Below are positions 13,045 through 28,364 of a stretch of 64,000 bases of DNA, piece after piece. The notes under the pieces were generated by a model. The model saw only the letters and a list, made by a program, of their open reading frames with translations. It did not search any database and was not told the DNA's origin. The position numbers and the translations under genes are program-made. The stretch comes from Amoebidium appalachense (Eukaryota; Protista; Ichthyosporea), in contig CAVNZM010000008.1 of assembly GCA_963693365.1 (NCBI GenBank), positions 8,250,818 through 8,314,817 on the forward strand. Direction: 5' to 3'. The number at the start of each line of letters is the position of its first letter. The first letter of the stretch is position 1.

Positions 13045-13816
13045 ATCTATTGGATCATGCGCCATGCCGTGGTTTTTGGTTCCGGAAGATATCGATTCTC
13101 TCTGGAAAACATACACAAAAGATGTGAGATGGTAGGTATAGTATTGATTGTACAGTGCAAACCTGTGGCTGCCCAGTAAATTCCAGTTCCAGTTGACGGC
13201 AATAGACGTTCTTTCGCTGTTTCCTCGCACGTGTTTCAGTGACCCGAATATGGGCAAGCAGCTGGGGGGGGGGGGTCTGATTTTATGATTCCCCAAATTA
13301 ATATTGTGGCGCCAGAAACTTTTAAAAAAATAGGATTTTAGCGGGCTGGACCTTCCTGGCTGCCCTTTAGCCCTCCCCTCTCCCCTCCCCTCCCCCCCCC
13401 TTCTCTTTCAACCTCCCTCTCTCCCCCTGCCCCCCTCTTGTCTTTCCAAAGATTCAATATACTCCTCTGAACCCCTCCCCCCCCACACACACATGTGCAC
13501 ATCCAACTTCTCTGCCCGCACCCCATCCTACACACATCCACTTCCCCCCCCCCTTTTACCTCCCTGCCCCCTTTACTCCCGCATCCCCTTCCCTTCCGGC
13601 ACCACACTCGCACTCACACTCACACCAAGCACACACACACACATACACACACACCCATCTGGCGCTATGTTCTCCCTTCCATCCCCATTCCACGCCCCCC
13701 TCCCCCCCCCCCCCACACCAAAACGAACCCCATCCAACCCCCCACCCCCCCCCTCACACTCCCCTTCGCTCCCCCCTTCTCTTCCTACCCCCCAACAACA
13801 CACACACACTCACACA

Positions 13817-13905
<89 letters not shown>

Positions 13906-13914
13906 ACGGACACA

Positions 13915-13963
<49 letters not shown>

Positions 13964-14004
13964 AAACACAGACAGGCACATACACGTCAGTCACACACAC
14001 CGTG

Positions 14005-14035
<31 letters not shown>

Positions 14036-14143
14036 GTCACAAACACACACACAAAGCCTTACCCGGCGAAAAGTGCATATTGATACATTCATAATGTATA
14101 TGTACTATGGCATGTTTTTGTAGGACTCATGCGGCGGTGCTAC

Positions 14144-14184
<41 letters not shown>

Positions 14185-14559
14185 ATAGAATTATGATTGT
14201 GCAGGCTGGCGAATCGGATATCAAAATTTGAAATTCTAGCGAGCTAGAGCTAAAATTCACTTATTAGTTTTACATTCGGGTAGCCCCTGAATGAAACATT
14301 GATTTGGCGAGAAGCCGCAATTCGAAGAAAAGTTTGTCTCTAAAAGGTACGAAAAAGTAATGGCAGACCCTCTCTGGTTTAAATCTGTATAGATGTAGTA
14401 TGGCATTATAGAGTATGGACACCTGCCCCTCCCAAAGGGCCCCCCCCCCCCCCAAAAGGGAAGGGAGGGGGGGGGGGGGGAATAGGGAAGAACGGGGGGG
14501 GGGGGGAGGGGAGGGGAGGGGAAGGGTGGCTCTGGTCTAGGGAGAAGGTTAGGAAAGTT

Positions 14560-15559
14560 CGGAGAGGCATGGGACGATATTGATGAGGGGAAAGGCGTGC
14601 TGGTGAGGAAGGGGGGAGTCGCCCCCTGTCCCCCCCTTCCTTCCGCCCAAATCCCTCTCCCCCGGGCGGTGCCTCTCGCTCTTTGTTTCTTCATTCCCTC
14701 GAACTTGCTCTCCTGCCGCCCCAACTACCCAGCCCTCCCCTCCCCCCCGGCCCTCCCCCCCCCCCCCCCCCCCCCCCCCCCCTTACCCCCCTCTCCAGCG
14801 CAGAGGCTAGTGCGGGGGAAATGGCAGGGAGTGGTGGTTGTCTATATGGTGTGAAGTGCGGATCACAATTCGAAAAAATATGTCTCTCACAGATACGAAA
14901 AAGCAAGTATATTCACTAAGGAGCGAAAGTTGCGGCAGTATGCCAAATAGTGTGCATGTCTGCCCCGTTTTGGGGAGGGCGGAAGGGGGGGGGGGGGGGG
15001 GGGGGGGGGGATTTTTGAGAGAGGAGAGAGACAGGTAGAACATAGATAAGAAAGAGGAGACAGGTAGAACATAGATAAGAAAGGGGAGAACTGGGGGAGA
15101 GGGGAGAAGGGGGGGGGGGGGAAGGGGGGAGGAAGGTGGGAGAGGGAAGAGATAGCATTGAAAGACCGGAAAAGCATGGGAAGATATCGATGCAAATGAG
15201 AGGAAAGTGTGGCCAGTTACTGAGGAGAGAGGGCCCGGGGGGGGGGGGGGGGGGGGGGGGGGGGAGGGGGGAGAGAGAGAGAGAGAGGTAAGGTTCTCTC
15301 CCCTCCCCCCTCCCCCCTATACCCCTCCCCACCCTCCCTCCCGCTCTTCATCCCCTTGGGCTCCCTCTCACGATAAGCCTTCCTCTCCGTCGTTCCCTGA
15401 GAATGGCAAGGCGGGAAAAAATGTCATTCACAAGAACGAAAAAGTATTCATAACCACTATGGGTTTATTGCAGTTACTGTTTATCATCAGACAGTATGAA
15501 TGTCTACACCTCGCCACCTGGTGGGGGTGGGGGGAGGGGGGAGGGGGGAAGGGGTCCGG

Positions 15560-15601
<42 letters not shown>

Positions 15602-16881
15602 AGGGATTTTGAGAGAGAATGGGAGAAAAAAGATGAAGATGAGGTTAGAACTGGGGGGATGGGGGAAAGGGAGGCTTGAGTTTGGGGATATGGCTTGGAA
15701 AGACCGGAAGGGTATGGGGCAACATAATTTAAGGACAACCCTTTAGACTTTTGGGTCGGGTCGGGTCGGCCGAAATCGAAGCGTACTGATTGGGTCGGAG
15801 TGCATCTCGGGTCGGATGACGTCAAAATCAAGTAGAGCAGCCAATCAATTTATTGCACCACTAAACCTATGCTGAAGGCCCTGCTAGTCTTTAATATCAA
15901 TGAGGGGAAAGGTGCAGCTGCTTTTTGAGAAGGAGGAAAACCCCCTTATTCCCCTCCTCCGCCCCCCCCCCCCCCCCCCCCCCCCCCCTTCCCCTACCGC
16001 TGCCCAAACTCCTCACTCCAACCCGTGCCTCCCGCTCTTTCCTTCTTCATCCCCCTTGGGTTCCCCCCCCCCCCCCCCCCCCCCTCTCTCTCTCTCTCTG
16101 TGGGGCACAGAGGCTCACGCGGCGAACGACGGAAGGGGGGTATGATTGGCTATATGTCAGGTATGAAGTGAGGATCATAATTTGCAAAAAAAAATGGTAT
16201 TTACAGATACTAAAAGTAATTAAATCCATATTAGCCCCGAATTTCGGTCCCACCTTTTTCGCGGGATGACGACTGCGAAAGACTACTGCGACTGAATGAT
16301 GTACGTATAACCGTATACCCGATGTAGACTCCTTGGTTTTTACCCCCGCCAAAGTTTTTTTTTTTTTTCGCGCCTCAGCAGCATCAACGGTGGGGCCGAC
16401 ACTGGGGGCTAAACACATATGTATGGACCCACAGTGCAGTAGATCATCGTATATTTATTGTGATTTCTGCCCCCTTTTTAAGGGGGGAAGGAGGGGGGGG
16501 GGGGGGGGGGGAGAAGGGTGGGGGGGGGGGGGGGGGGGGGAGGGGAAGAGGGGGGATTTCGAGAGAGGGGAGAGAGAAGTTGACCATAGATAAGGAGGGG
16601 TACAACTGGGCGGGAGGGGAGGGGGGGAGGGGAGGGGGGGGGGGGGGGGCTCGAGTCTAGAGATAGCGTTGAAAGACCGCAAAAGCGTGGGAAGATGTTG
16701 ATGCAAATGAGAGAAACGTGTGGCCAGTTCGTGGGAAAAGGGGGGGGGGATGGGGGAGGGGGGGGGGGGGGGGGATTTCCCTTCGCCTTCCGGCCTCCCG
16801 CTCTCTGGCCCTCTTGATCACTCAGGCTCCCTCTCATGATCAGCCTTCCTTTCCCTCACTCCCGAACTCTCTCCCCGCGCG

Positions 16882-16916
<35 letters not shown>

Positions 16917-17134
16917 CCTCCCTCCTTCCCACTCTCTCTCCCCCCTCCCCCCCCCCCCTATGGCGCAGAGGCCGTCGCAGGGAACGGGTAAGGGAGGGGA
17001 TGGTTGGCTATATGGTGTGAAGTGAGCATCATATAAAAAAAGTATCTCACAGATACGAAAAAGTATTTATATCCACTATGGATTTACTGCAGTATATCAT
17101 CATGTTTGTACTATGCCATCGAAATGTCTGCCCC

Positions 17135-17189
<55 letters not shown>

Positions 17190-17232
17190 AGGGCTAGAGG
17201 GAGAAAGAAGGAAATATATGTAGATAAGGAGT
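14560..17232. repeat. Degenerate complex tandem array of conserved cores separated by G/C runs
   Basis: Core A (tatatggtgtgaagtg..cacagatacgaaaaag) at ~14842, 16150, 17009 and partially 15417. Core B (agatagcRttgaaagaccgSaaaagcRtgggaagat..tgcaaatgagag..gtgtggccagtt) at ~15150, 16661 and partially 15690. ctccctctcaYgatMagccttcct at 15361 and 16827. Confidence 0.8.
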
Positions 17233-18501
17233 ATTACCGTGTTGGTGGGTGCTCAACCTGGTGGGGGGGATCTGATGTGTATGTGTGGTGTGGTGTGTGC
17301 GCGGCTTGTACATATGTACGTGTTCATGTGCACCTGTGTCGGACCGAGGAAGTAAATGAAAGTAAATTTTGACAGTATCTGCCGGTGTGTATGTGTATGT
17401 GTGCCAGTGCAGCAGGTGTGCCTTGTAACTGATAGCTTCGCTTTTTAACGTGTGTGTGTATATAGTAGTACACGGTAGACACTTGCTGATCATTCAGATC
17501 GCCGTGACATTAATATTCAATCTGTCGGTCCTCGGTTTTTTGAGTGAATGATGATCAAGTGTAAGAGCATTCACTTGGCAAGTTACTGTATTAATGTTGC
17601 AGCTAGGCTAGCTGCAGCTGCAAGCGTCGGATGCACACTGACAATTGTCTTTTTCAGCGAGTCTAACCTGCAGGCTGCAGCTGCACACATATAGGGTTGT
17701 TATCTTGCTGCACTTGCACGGTGATCGTTTCAGAGTAATAGTCTGTTCAGAGCAATGAAAATAATGAAAATAACTAAACTTTGTGACTACTTTAAAGTTG
17801 CTGGGATCATACGTGGTGCAAGCTGCACTGTGAACACATCATAGTGCTAGTAATTAATAAATTTTTGTTGCCTTCGGCAGGGTTACCGTAGCTACGTCAC
17901 GGCCTGCACTCAGGGGGGGAGGGGGGGGGGGGGGGAGGATGATTCGAGGGGGGTTATAACTAAGAACATGCACCTAAAGGTCTTTCCCGTGGATCCTCCC
18001 CCCCCCCCCCCCCCCCCCCTCCCACCTCTCCCTCCCCCGGGGCCCCATACTATGATATCTAGGCCCAATATTATATGCCCCTTCCCCCCCCCCCCCCCCC
18101 CCCCGCCCCCCTCTCCGGATCCCCGGACCCCACTTCCCTACCCGGAGGCTCGAGAGCTCCCCCCTTCCCCTCTCCCCCCCTCCCCCCCCCCAAGGCCTAC
18201 GGGGGCCCTTCTTCATTGAGGGGGAGGGGGTGGGGGGAGGGGGGGGGGGGGGGAGGGGAAGTGGAAGGCGAGGTTGGATGCATGTCAGCCTAGGTGAATT
18301 CAATTGTTTAACTCCAGTGTACATGACTGGTCGGAAGGCTTAAGAAAACAACGAGGAAATGGGGTCCAGTGGAGGAGGTGGTGGTGTTCTGTGTGTGTGT
18401 GTACACGTGCACGTATATGTGTGGTTTTTTTGGGGGGGGGGAGTGGTGGTGGTGGTGGTGGTGGTCACCGTGGTGGTGGTGTGTGTGTCTGGTGTGTGTA
18501 T

Positions 18502-18564
<63 letters not shown>

Positions 18565-20535
18565 GGGGGGGGGGGGGGGGGGATAAAAAGAAAGACTGCT
18601 CGTGGGTCACTGTTTTTCGTCACTGTCTTTGTAACGGGCCGCTCATATTTATATAACTACTTTAAGTACACGTGTTCATTATCATATACGATAGCCAAAT
18701 ATAGAAATTTGGCGTCGAAGTTCTTGGAGCTAAAAAAACGTTAAAAAAAGGGGAAATAATAACTTGGCCCCAAATTTACCTTGCCATTTAGCGAATGTAT
18801 TTTTTGTTCATGAGTTCTAGTAATTCAGTGAGTGCACGTGCCTGCCTCAGGCTGATCATGACAATTGCAACACACCATTCTACATGGATATCAACCAAAA
18901 GAAAATAGTCTCTATTGTGGTGGTCTCCTAAACCTTGTGCGGCATGCGCGTACATGGTATTACAGTGACGCATGTGCATATTATTGTTCTGTACACCGGA
19001 GTGTGGTGCACGTGGTTGTTTTGTGCACATGTTACAATAGCAGCACGATCTCCCTAAACTCCATGTTTACACATCCCTCACCCTGGCTCTGCCTTGTCGG
19101 TGCTCCAAAAACACACACAAATCCCCCTAGACTCAGTGCCTGCACATGGTTGCATTCGCGTGCAGGTCACGTGACACATGCAATGCCATACTGCCGTCTA
19201 GAGCAACAACCACGGCAGCATGTATACCGGCAGCACGAAATATACTTATCGGCAGCCCACTGAACTCGCCTATTTTCTTTTTTTTTCATGTATGACCCTG
19301 CTTTTTTGTGAAATTACCCTTTTTGGCCTCCCGGTAGTGGATTTTGCAGGATTTGACTTCTTTGAGGTCCAAAAACCTCAAATTTTCCCCGGCGGGGCCG
19401 GGGAGCGGGAGAATTCAAAAATTGCCCGCTCCTGATGCATGATATGGTACCCTGGCCGCATACTGTACTTCACCTTCGTTAGCTAACAGGTCACACTTGT
19501 TGATAGATAGTATCCGCGAGTAAACCGCCCCCCACACATATTACACATACGAGCAGGAGACACCAGAAACCGACTACACCGCCAAGACATGATCATCTTT
19601 GCGTTTTTACACCAAACCACATTACGAATAAACGAATCTATGTAGGAACGAGACTCTCTAACCGCATCCGCCATACATGCTAATAGCAGTTGGTGTTTTT
19701 GCGGTCCTAACACAGGATATATATAATAGTTACACACATACAAAAGAGACATCTGCCGTTTCCGTTGTGGTTGGTTTATCACTTGGGTGATTGCCCAGTT
19801 TTGAGCAAGAAGAAATTGGACACATCTTGCAAGAAATCGCTTTACAATCTGTCGATGATTTCACCTAGTTATCATCATAACAAAGGGGATTATTAGATCT
19901 AACATTAGCTACACAAATCCCCTTTCCCTTCCGTGAAGTTCATACTTCACTTCTTCACATTTACAATTGAAAGAAGCAACAACAACTACATACGATACGC
20001 ATGCTTCGGAAATGAGCGCAGTAATACAGGTATGTGCCCACAGGCCAAACAGGAGAAGAAATTCCGGTCCGTTCTGTATGAGGAAATAGATGGCGGTAAC
20101 GCTTTCACAAGAAATATTAATGAGCAATGCACGCACAAGTGGCTATGGTCGGTCAGAGCAAGTTCATCACATGGAAATTCCTTACAATGACGTTTGCAAT
20201 TTTCAAACCAGACTATATGATAGACGACTGATTAGTTGCCGGTGAGAAATCCAGGCACAACTTTTCGGAGACATCTTCACAGAGCGAATCACATGAAAGG
20301 CCTTATATTGTTTTTCCGAACCAACAAGCTTTTATGAACAAGGATTCAGCAATGCAGTTAAGAATTCGGTGTTGTCTTGGTTTTTGCTCCTCCTTAATAG
20401 GTCGTCACTACAAAATACTCTCTCAATTTTCTGCCCCTATCTATTCCGTTATAGGCAGATTTCACGAAATCTTCTTCAGGAATTCGCGTTTGTTTTAATG
20501 TCAACTTTTCTTGCTAGGGGTTGGTATCGCCCCGA

Positions 20536-20579
20536 ATGTCCAAGGCAACCAGTGGCAAAAGCGGCACAGATAACGGTGA

Positions 20580-20618
<39 letters not shown>

Positions 20619-21167
20619 CCTTCCTCCTTCCCCCCCCCCCCCTTTCCCTGTCGCACCTCTTCCACTCTCTCCCCTCTTCCCTCTTCCACACGCTCCCCCA
20701 CCCCCACCCCTACTCGCACACACTGTCCCTCAATCTACCCACCCACACTATTACGTCTATTCAACCAGGTTGCAGCTTTTCGTTCTCCTCACACGATAGA
20801 TCTAGATTCACTACACTGCCCCGGCATTCTTTGTTCTCTCCGACAAGCCATTCTTCCCCCTCCCCTCCCCCCTCCCCCTCCCCCCCCCCCCCCCGCCCCT
20901 GCACCCCTACTCTTCTTCTTCTGTCCCTGCTCACATCTCTTTTCATACTTGAAACCCCCCCCCCCCCTTCCCCACTCTCACCCCCCTTCTCTCTCTCTCG
21001 CCCCCCCCTCCCCGCCCTCCTCCTCCTCCCCCCCCCCCCCTCCGTCTCTCTTTGTGTGTGTGTGTGTGTGCGTGTAAAGCGCTGCCGTGCTCGTGGGAGT
21101 GTGGATGGGTTAATGGAGAGGTTGTGCTTTGGTAGACTGGTCTCGATTGCACACATCTGCGTGGGAC

Positions 21168-21262
<95 letters not shown>

Positions 21263-21701
21263 GAGAGAGATTGGGGGTGGGGGGGGGAGAGAGAGAGAGA
21301 GAGAGGGAAACGAACACACACATTTGCGCGCACACGTATACGAACATGCACATACACACGCACTCCCCCCTAACCCCCCCCCCCCCCCCCCCCCCCCCCC
21401 AACACACACACATAGACACTAGCACACACACACACACACAGACACAGGCAAACACACGAGCAATGCACACCTCGACTTCTCAAGAATCCATTCCTTCCTC
21501 TCCCATTCTCCTCCCCCCCGGGCGCTCTTCTTTGCTGACGCCACCTCCCCCACATTATTGGTGCACACGAACCGCATATTTCAAGTGTCCCTCTCATCCC
21601 CCCCCCCCCCCCCCGTCCGGCACGAATGATAGAGACCACGGTTCAGCGTTGATACTTTCTTTGCAGATATTTTTCGTTACACCATGCTGCATTCTAACAG
21701 C

Positions 21702-21742
<41 letters not shown>

Positions 21743-21902
21743 AAACACCCAAAAGAAACAACAAAACAAAATAACATACAGAAGCGCATGGGCGCCACAA
21801 ATACACAAACACACACACACACACACTCACTCACCGTTACTCACTCGCTCACTCACTCACTCCTCACTCACACAAACGTACACACATGCACACACAGGCA
21901 CA

Positions 21903-21958
<56 letters not shown>

Positions 21959-22969
21959 CACACATTACCACCCCAAAAAACAGATGACCACCAGTCACCG
22001 CCCAAAAACCCCAGCCGGCTCCACCCACTGAGCTCACTAGAGAGTTTGGAATGGGAGTCTTTGGGGAAGCCTCAAAATGCAGATATCCTCAAAAAAAAGA
22101 TTAAGGTATGCCTTTGCCCCCCCCACCTTCCCCCCTCCCTCCCCCCCCCCTCCCCCCCCACACACACAAACCACCATACACCATCACCACCCCCTCACCC
22201 CCTCCTTTCCTCCTCCCCCCCATCTGTCTCTCTCTGTTTCTCACTCACTCGCTCACTTATCTCTAGCTCTTTCTCTCTTCCCCCCCCCCCCCCCCCCCCT
22301 GCGCAACCTTCCTGCTCTTTCCACTCTTTCTCTGTCTCTCCTTCTCCCTCCCCCCCCCCCTCCCCCCAGCCCCTTCCCCTTGCCCACCTGTTCCTCTCTT
22401 TCCCCTCCTCCCTTCCCCCCCCTCCCTCCCCTCCCTCCCTCCCCCCCCCCCCCCCAGGCGTCCCTCTCCATGCCCGAGTAAGTGTCGTGTCGTGCATGTG
22501 TTAGGGATGTATTCCCTCGGTGCACGAGCATGAGTGAATTTCCAATCCTCCGCCTGTGCTCGTCTATTGCTCTGGCACCCCTCTTCGTGTGTGTGTTTGG
22601 ACCATGCACTTCATTCTTGTCCCCCCCCTCCCCCCCCCCCCCCCCCCCCCCCACCTTTTCTCTCTCTCTCCCCCCCCCCCCCCCCCCCCCCCCCCCAACC
22701 CGCACCGCCACAACACAAAAGGTATTGCCCTTTTCAGTGTTCTTCTTCCATGGCTGCAACGCTGTACTAACCCCCCCCTCCCCCCTTCACTCCAACTCCG
22801 CCCGCCCCCCTACATCCGTTTCCTCCAAAATGGACATAGATTGTGTTGCATGCTCTGTGTATGTGTGTTCATTTTTGGATATGGGTTTGAAGCTATCTGT
22901 AGCGAATTTGCATATCATCCTGACGTTTTTTTTTATAAAAAAATAGCTTCTGAATAGCAACCACTGCAT

Positions 22970-23008
<39 letters not shown>

Positions 23009-23048
23009 GGCACGTGTGTGCCCGCACGCACACGCACACGCACACACA

Positions 23049-23096
<48 letters not shown>

Positions 23097-23106
23097 CACA
23101 CACACA

Positions 23107-23138
<32 letters not shown>

Positions 23139-23148
23139 CACACGCACG

Positions 23149-23219
<71 letters not shown>

Positions 23220-24360
23220 AGGAATACAACAAGGCCAGGAAGGATACGATAGAACACATAACCATCAAAGATGAGGTTGGTTCTATCCCATATTACTTGT
23301 TATCGTCATTTATATTATTATTATTATTATTATTATCATTCATCCAAACCAATATAGAATGCTATGTAAAACTGAACAAGTTACCTCTATTTTGATCCCA
23401 TTCGGGTAAGCAGCCACGTTGGACATATCAACGTGGGTTGAAATTCTAAACACACCGGAATTTGGAATACGCCGGAATTTCAAACACACCGAAATGCAGA
23501 TCGCACCGGAATTCCAAACATAACAAAATCTAGAGTACGCCGGAATTTCAAACACACCAAGCACCGAAAAGTGGCATGCCTGGATATCAATTTCAATGAT
23601 GGTGTGATAGAATATTCAGCTTGGCCAGCTTTACACAGTGGTTTTGGGAAACGTGGCAAATGAGGTTTCTTTTCCTTCTCGAACTGTGACGGAGACACTC
23701 GAGATTTTGTGATGGTGTTGATAGGTTTGTTAGATATGTGTTTTTTTTTTTTTTTTTTTTTGTTTGTTTTTTTTTTTTGGGGGGGGGGGGGGGAGGGGGG
23801 AGGAGGGGGGGGGGGAGGGGGGGGGAGGAGGGGGGGCTGGTATGTATCTTCCGAATAGCCAGCCATGTTATGCTAAGAGAAGCATGCCACTTCAAATCGG
23901 CATACCTCCCAGCCTGACGTAAAAATGAGGTCGATGCATTGCCATGGTGACGCAACTGTCGGCCATTTGAAATAACGCTTGCCGTGTCCCTGAGCCCATT
24001 TATTGTTTTTTTCTGCAGATAACCATTACGTTGTTATACTAGGCATTTGTCTAAGAAGGTGCAAAATCTAGGATGCCGACAAGGTCATTGTTCAAGTTGC
24101 AGAAAACCTAAAACACGTGTTTGGTTTTTTCGGCCGTATATGACTTCATGGATTCTACCAAATGCATTCCATAAAACCACGCGCTTTTCCCCAATTGGCT
24201 GAACACTTTTCAACAGTTTAATTCTGAGCATTGATTGGTCCACTCCAGCAGTCGGACGGTGTAGTGCTGTATGAGGGGATACTGCGGCTCTACGGGGGGG
24301 TGACCCGCTCTCTGCATGTAGTGGGCAACAACAAGAAGGTTCACAGCCCCTTTCCATCCA

Positions 24361-24405
<45 letters not shown>

Positions 24406-24856
24406 CTTTTCCCACTGTCTACTCCCTTGGAAGAAAGAAAGAGGGGGGGGGGGAGGAGGGGGGATAGGGGGGGAGGGGGAGGATAAGTCGAGAACATCCG
24501 CTCTTATCCCCCCCCCCCCCCTCTGCCCGCACACACACAACAACCACACCAAACACACACACACATACACACACTCACACACACACACACACACACGCTT
24601 GCACTGGCATACACAGGACCAGGCATACCATCTTGTAGCCACACGAATGTGCTCTTGAACACGCAACCACACACACATGCACACACATGCACACACATGC
24701 AAGTGCACAGGAACAAACACGGTCCAAAATCCCCCTCACACCCTATTGCCCCACAGGTGACCAGTCTAATCCCACCATATGGTTCGGCAACAGCAATAAG
24801 AATATCCAGAAAAATGTCTACACTAGTATGTCCCCCCCCTTCCCCCTCCCCCTCCC

Positions 24857-24907
<51 letters not shown>

Positions 24908-25081
24908 AAAAAAAAAGAAAGAAAGAAAGAAGAAGAAAGAAAACCCTGCCTCCTGCCTGTCTTACCCCCCACCCCCCCAAACCTCTATCTCCTTCCTCTC
25001 TTGCCACCCAAGCCCCACCGTCCCACCCCCACCACTCACCCCCATCTCTACCTTCACACATGTATACACGTGCACACACAG

Positions 25082-25163
<82 letters not shown>

Positions 25164-25175
25164 GCACATACATAT

Positions 25176-25264
<89 letters not shown>

Positions 25265-25282
25265 CACATACATATGCGTGCG

Positions 25283-25359
<77 letters not shown>

Positions 25360-25395
25360 GAACGCACACACAAGCACACACGCGCACACGTGCGT

Positions 25396-25443
<48 letters not shown>

Positions 25444-25478
25444 GAACGCACACACAAGCACACGCGCACACGTGCGTG

Positions 25479-25513
<35 letters not shown>

Positions 25514-25531
25514 GCACACACGCGCACACGT

Positions 25532-25601
<70 letters not shown>

Positions 25602-25665
25602 GAACGCTCACACAAGCACACACGCGCACACGTGCGTGCGCGCGCACACACGCGCACACGTGCGT

Positions 25666-25711
<46 letters not shown>

Positions 25712-25743
25712 GAACGCACACACAAGCACACACGCGCACACGT

Positions 25744-25819
<76 letters not shown>

Positions 25820-26777
25820 GAACCACACACACAAGCACGTACACGCGCACTGCACGTGCGCGCGCACACACACAAACACGGGCAGGTGTGTGCATACAGA
25901 ACCTCACACACTGTCTCACACACCCGCAACATACGTATACACCCGTACCTATTAATTAGGCATCCACACACGCTCCTTTCAGGGGATTCACTACATGCAT
26001 ACCTCATAAAACTGAGAAAGCACATAACGCTATAGGGAAAGGGCGGCTTCAATGCACTATACTGTGTTCCAAATCACTAAGGTCATATAAGTAATCTAGA
26101 ACACGCCTGTGGGGACGCTATATCGCATCAGTCACTCTATTGTGTCCCCAAGTTCTGAAACCAAACTAGTAGGGCTGGCGTTCCATGGCATTTCGGAGGG
26201 GGGGAGGGGGCGGAAGGGGGGCTCTCCTATGAGGGGGGCTATGTCAAGGGAGGGCACTAAATCTGCCCCGGGCGGGCCGGGGGGGGGGGGGAGGGGGGCG
26301 TGGGGGGGGGGGAGGGGGGGGCTTTCTCCTGGAGCGTGCTATATACAATCGGAAGAAAAAGGATGCGGGCAGCAAACTATTTCCAAGGTGGTCGGGGGAG
26401 GAGGCTAAACACCTGGAGGGGGGGGGGGGGGGGGGGGGGGGCTCTACATCGAATAGGGCCAGTTAGTTTGGCGTTAACGCTTGTCACCCTTCTTATGTGC
26501 AGGAGGTAGTGATGATAGTGATGCAAAAGTACCAGTTTGTGGATGACCCTACGAGGTTTGTGCTCAAACAGGTCAGAGAGAAGGATAACTGGGGTACGTG
26601 TGTGTTTGTGTGTGTGCAGGGGCATGAATACACGTGTGTGCTATGTGTGTGAGTGCAGGCACACACACACGCAGTCTCACACACACTTGATGCATGGGTG
26701 CGCGCAAGGATGCATACATGCAGGCACAGACACACAAGTACATATGCATGTGAGTGCATGTACACACACACACACAT

Positions 26778-26828
<51 letters not shown>

Positions 26829-27596
26829 CACATACACAGGCACATACACAGGCACAAACACGTGTACTTGAGCGCACCATTACCAAGAGCTTGATCAGAG
26901 TTCGGATACCGAAAAGTGACTCTTTCAGTTATTTTTAATTTTGAGTTACAATGCAACTGTTGCTGAAACACATTCCTTTGACGTAGAGAAAAGATGTTGG
27001 AAAAGAGGGGGGGGGGGGGGAGGGGGGGCAGAGGGGAAGGGGAAGACGTGGAGAGAGGGGGGCTGGGGGGCGGGGGGAGGGGGGGGAGGGGTTGCCTGAT
27101 GCCATATGCCAGAGCCCGACTGAAGTTAATTCGCCCATCACTTTTCCGTCGTATTTCTCTCAAAGTCCCCCCCCCCCATCCCCCCCGCCCCTCCCCCTCT
27201 CCCCGCGCGCAACCCTCGTCCCCTCTGTTTTTTCCTCCCTCATTTTTTTTTTTTTACCTTGTTCTGTTTTTGTTTTTTTCCATCCTCCCCCTCCCCCCCC
27301 CCCCCTTCCCCCCCACACCTCCCCTCCCCCCACCACACACACACACAAATACATGCACGCACAAAAACACATCTTTTCCTCTCCTTTTTTTTCTTGAGGC
27401 GGGATGTTGGTGATAGTGTATGTGTGTGTGTGTGTGTTGTTTGGGGCTGTGGAGAGAGGGGAGGGGAGGGGGGGGGGGGGAGGGGGAAAGGGGGAAGGCT
27501 GACGGAAGGAGGAAGAGAGGAGGGAGAGAGGGAAACACATCTCCAGTCGTTTTTTAGGGAAGGAGTTGGAGGGTGGAACCGGGGTGAGGTGTGTGT

Positions 27597-27627
<31 letters not shown>

Positions 27628-28174
27628 GGGGGGAGGGGGGCCAACAGTTCCATTCTAATGTCAGTTTTCTTCCACAGTTGCGGGGACACTAGGCCCCGAA
27701 GACCTCCCATTACCTGCTGTGGTTGGGTGGGGCAAAAACAAGGAGGGGCTGAAGATGTTTCTGTGCGATGATGTGAACTACAGGGAGATAAAGGGGCCTG
27801 TGTGGAAGGATGAGGTGCGTAGTTGTGGAGGGCTGGGTATGGGGGTGGGAGGTGTGGTGGTGGTGGTGATGGTGGGGGGGGGGGGGGGGGGGGGGGGGGG
27901 GACAGGGTGTGTGTGTGTTGTGTTCTTCTTGGTGTTGGTGTTTTGTCTGGGGGGGATGGGGGGCGGGCTAGGGTACGGAAGGAAGGGGGAGGGGAGAGTG
28001 GGAAGGGGGGGGAGGAGGGGGAGGGGGGAGGGGGGGAGAGAGAGGGGGAAGAGGGAGAGAGGTGATATGGAAGGATGTGTGGGTGGGTATGGGCGTATGC
28101 ATGCGTAGGTGGGTAAGTAATTTTTTTTGGGGGGGCCGGGGTGATGGTTCATTGGCATGGGTAGAAGAGGGGGA

Positions 28175-28205
<31 letters not shown>

Positions 28206-28332
28206 GCTGCTGAGGTGTAGGACATGGAGGTACGTCTGTACATATCGTTCTACTGCACACGTGGATTGGACATCCCCTGTTTCTCATTTTCTAACACGTT
28301 CTCTCCTTCGCTGTCCCTTTCGTCTCAGCCAT

Positions 28333-28364
<32 letters not shown>

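Noticed and set aside
17878-19454. hAT-like element (CAGGGT[T]ACC ends; LLVDIHVEW resembling DVxTRW)
   Set aside because: TIR short and imperfect, 8-bp flanks match only 3/8, protein similarity marginal.
19800-20400. Further upstream RASSF exons or a C1 domain
   Set aside because: No C1 Cys/His pattern or convincing in-phase exon found; may be promoter or 5' UTR.
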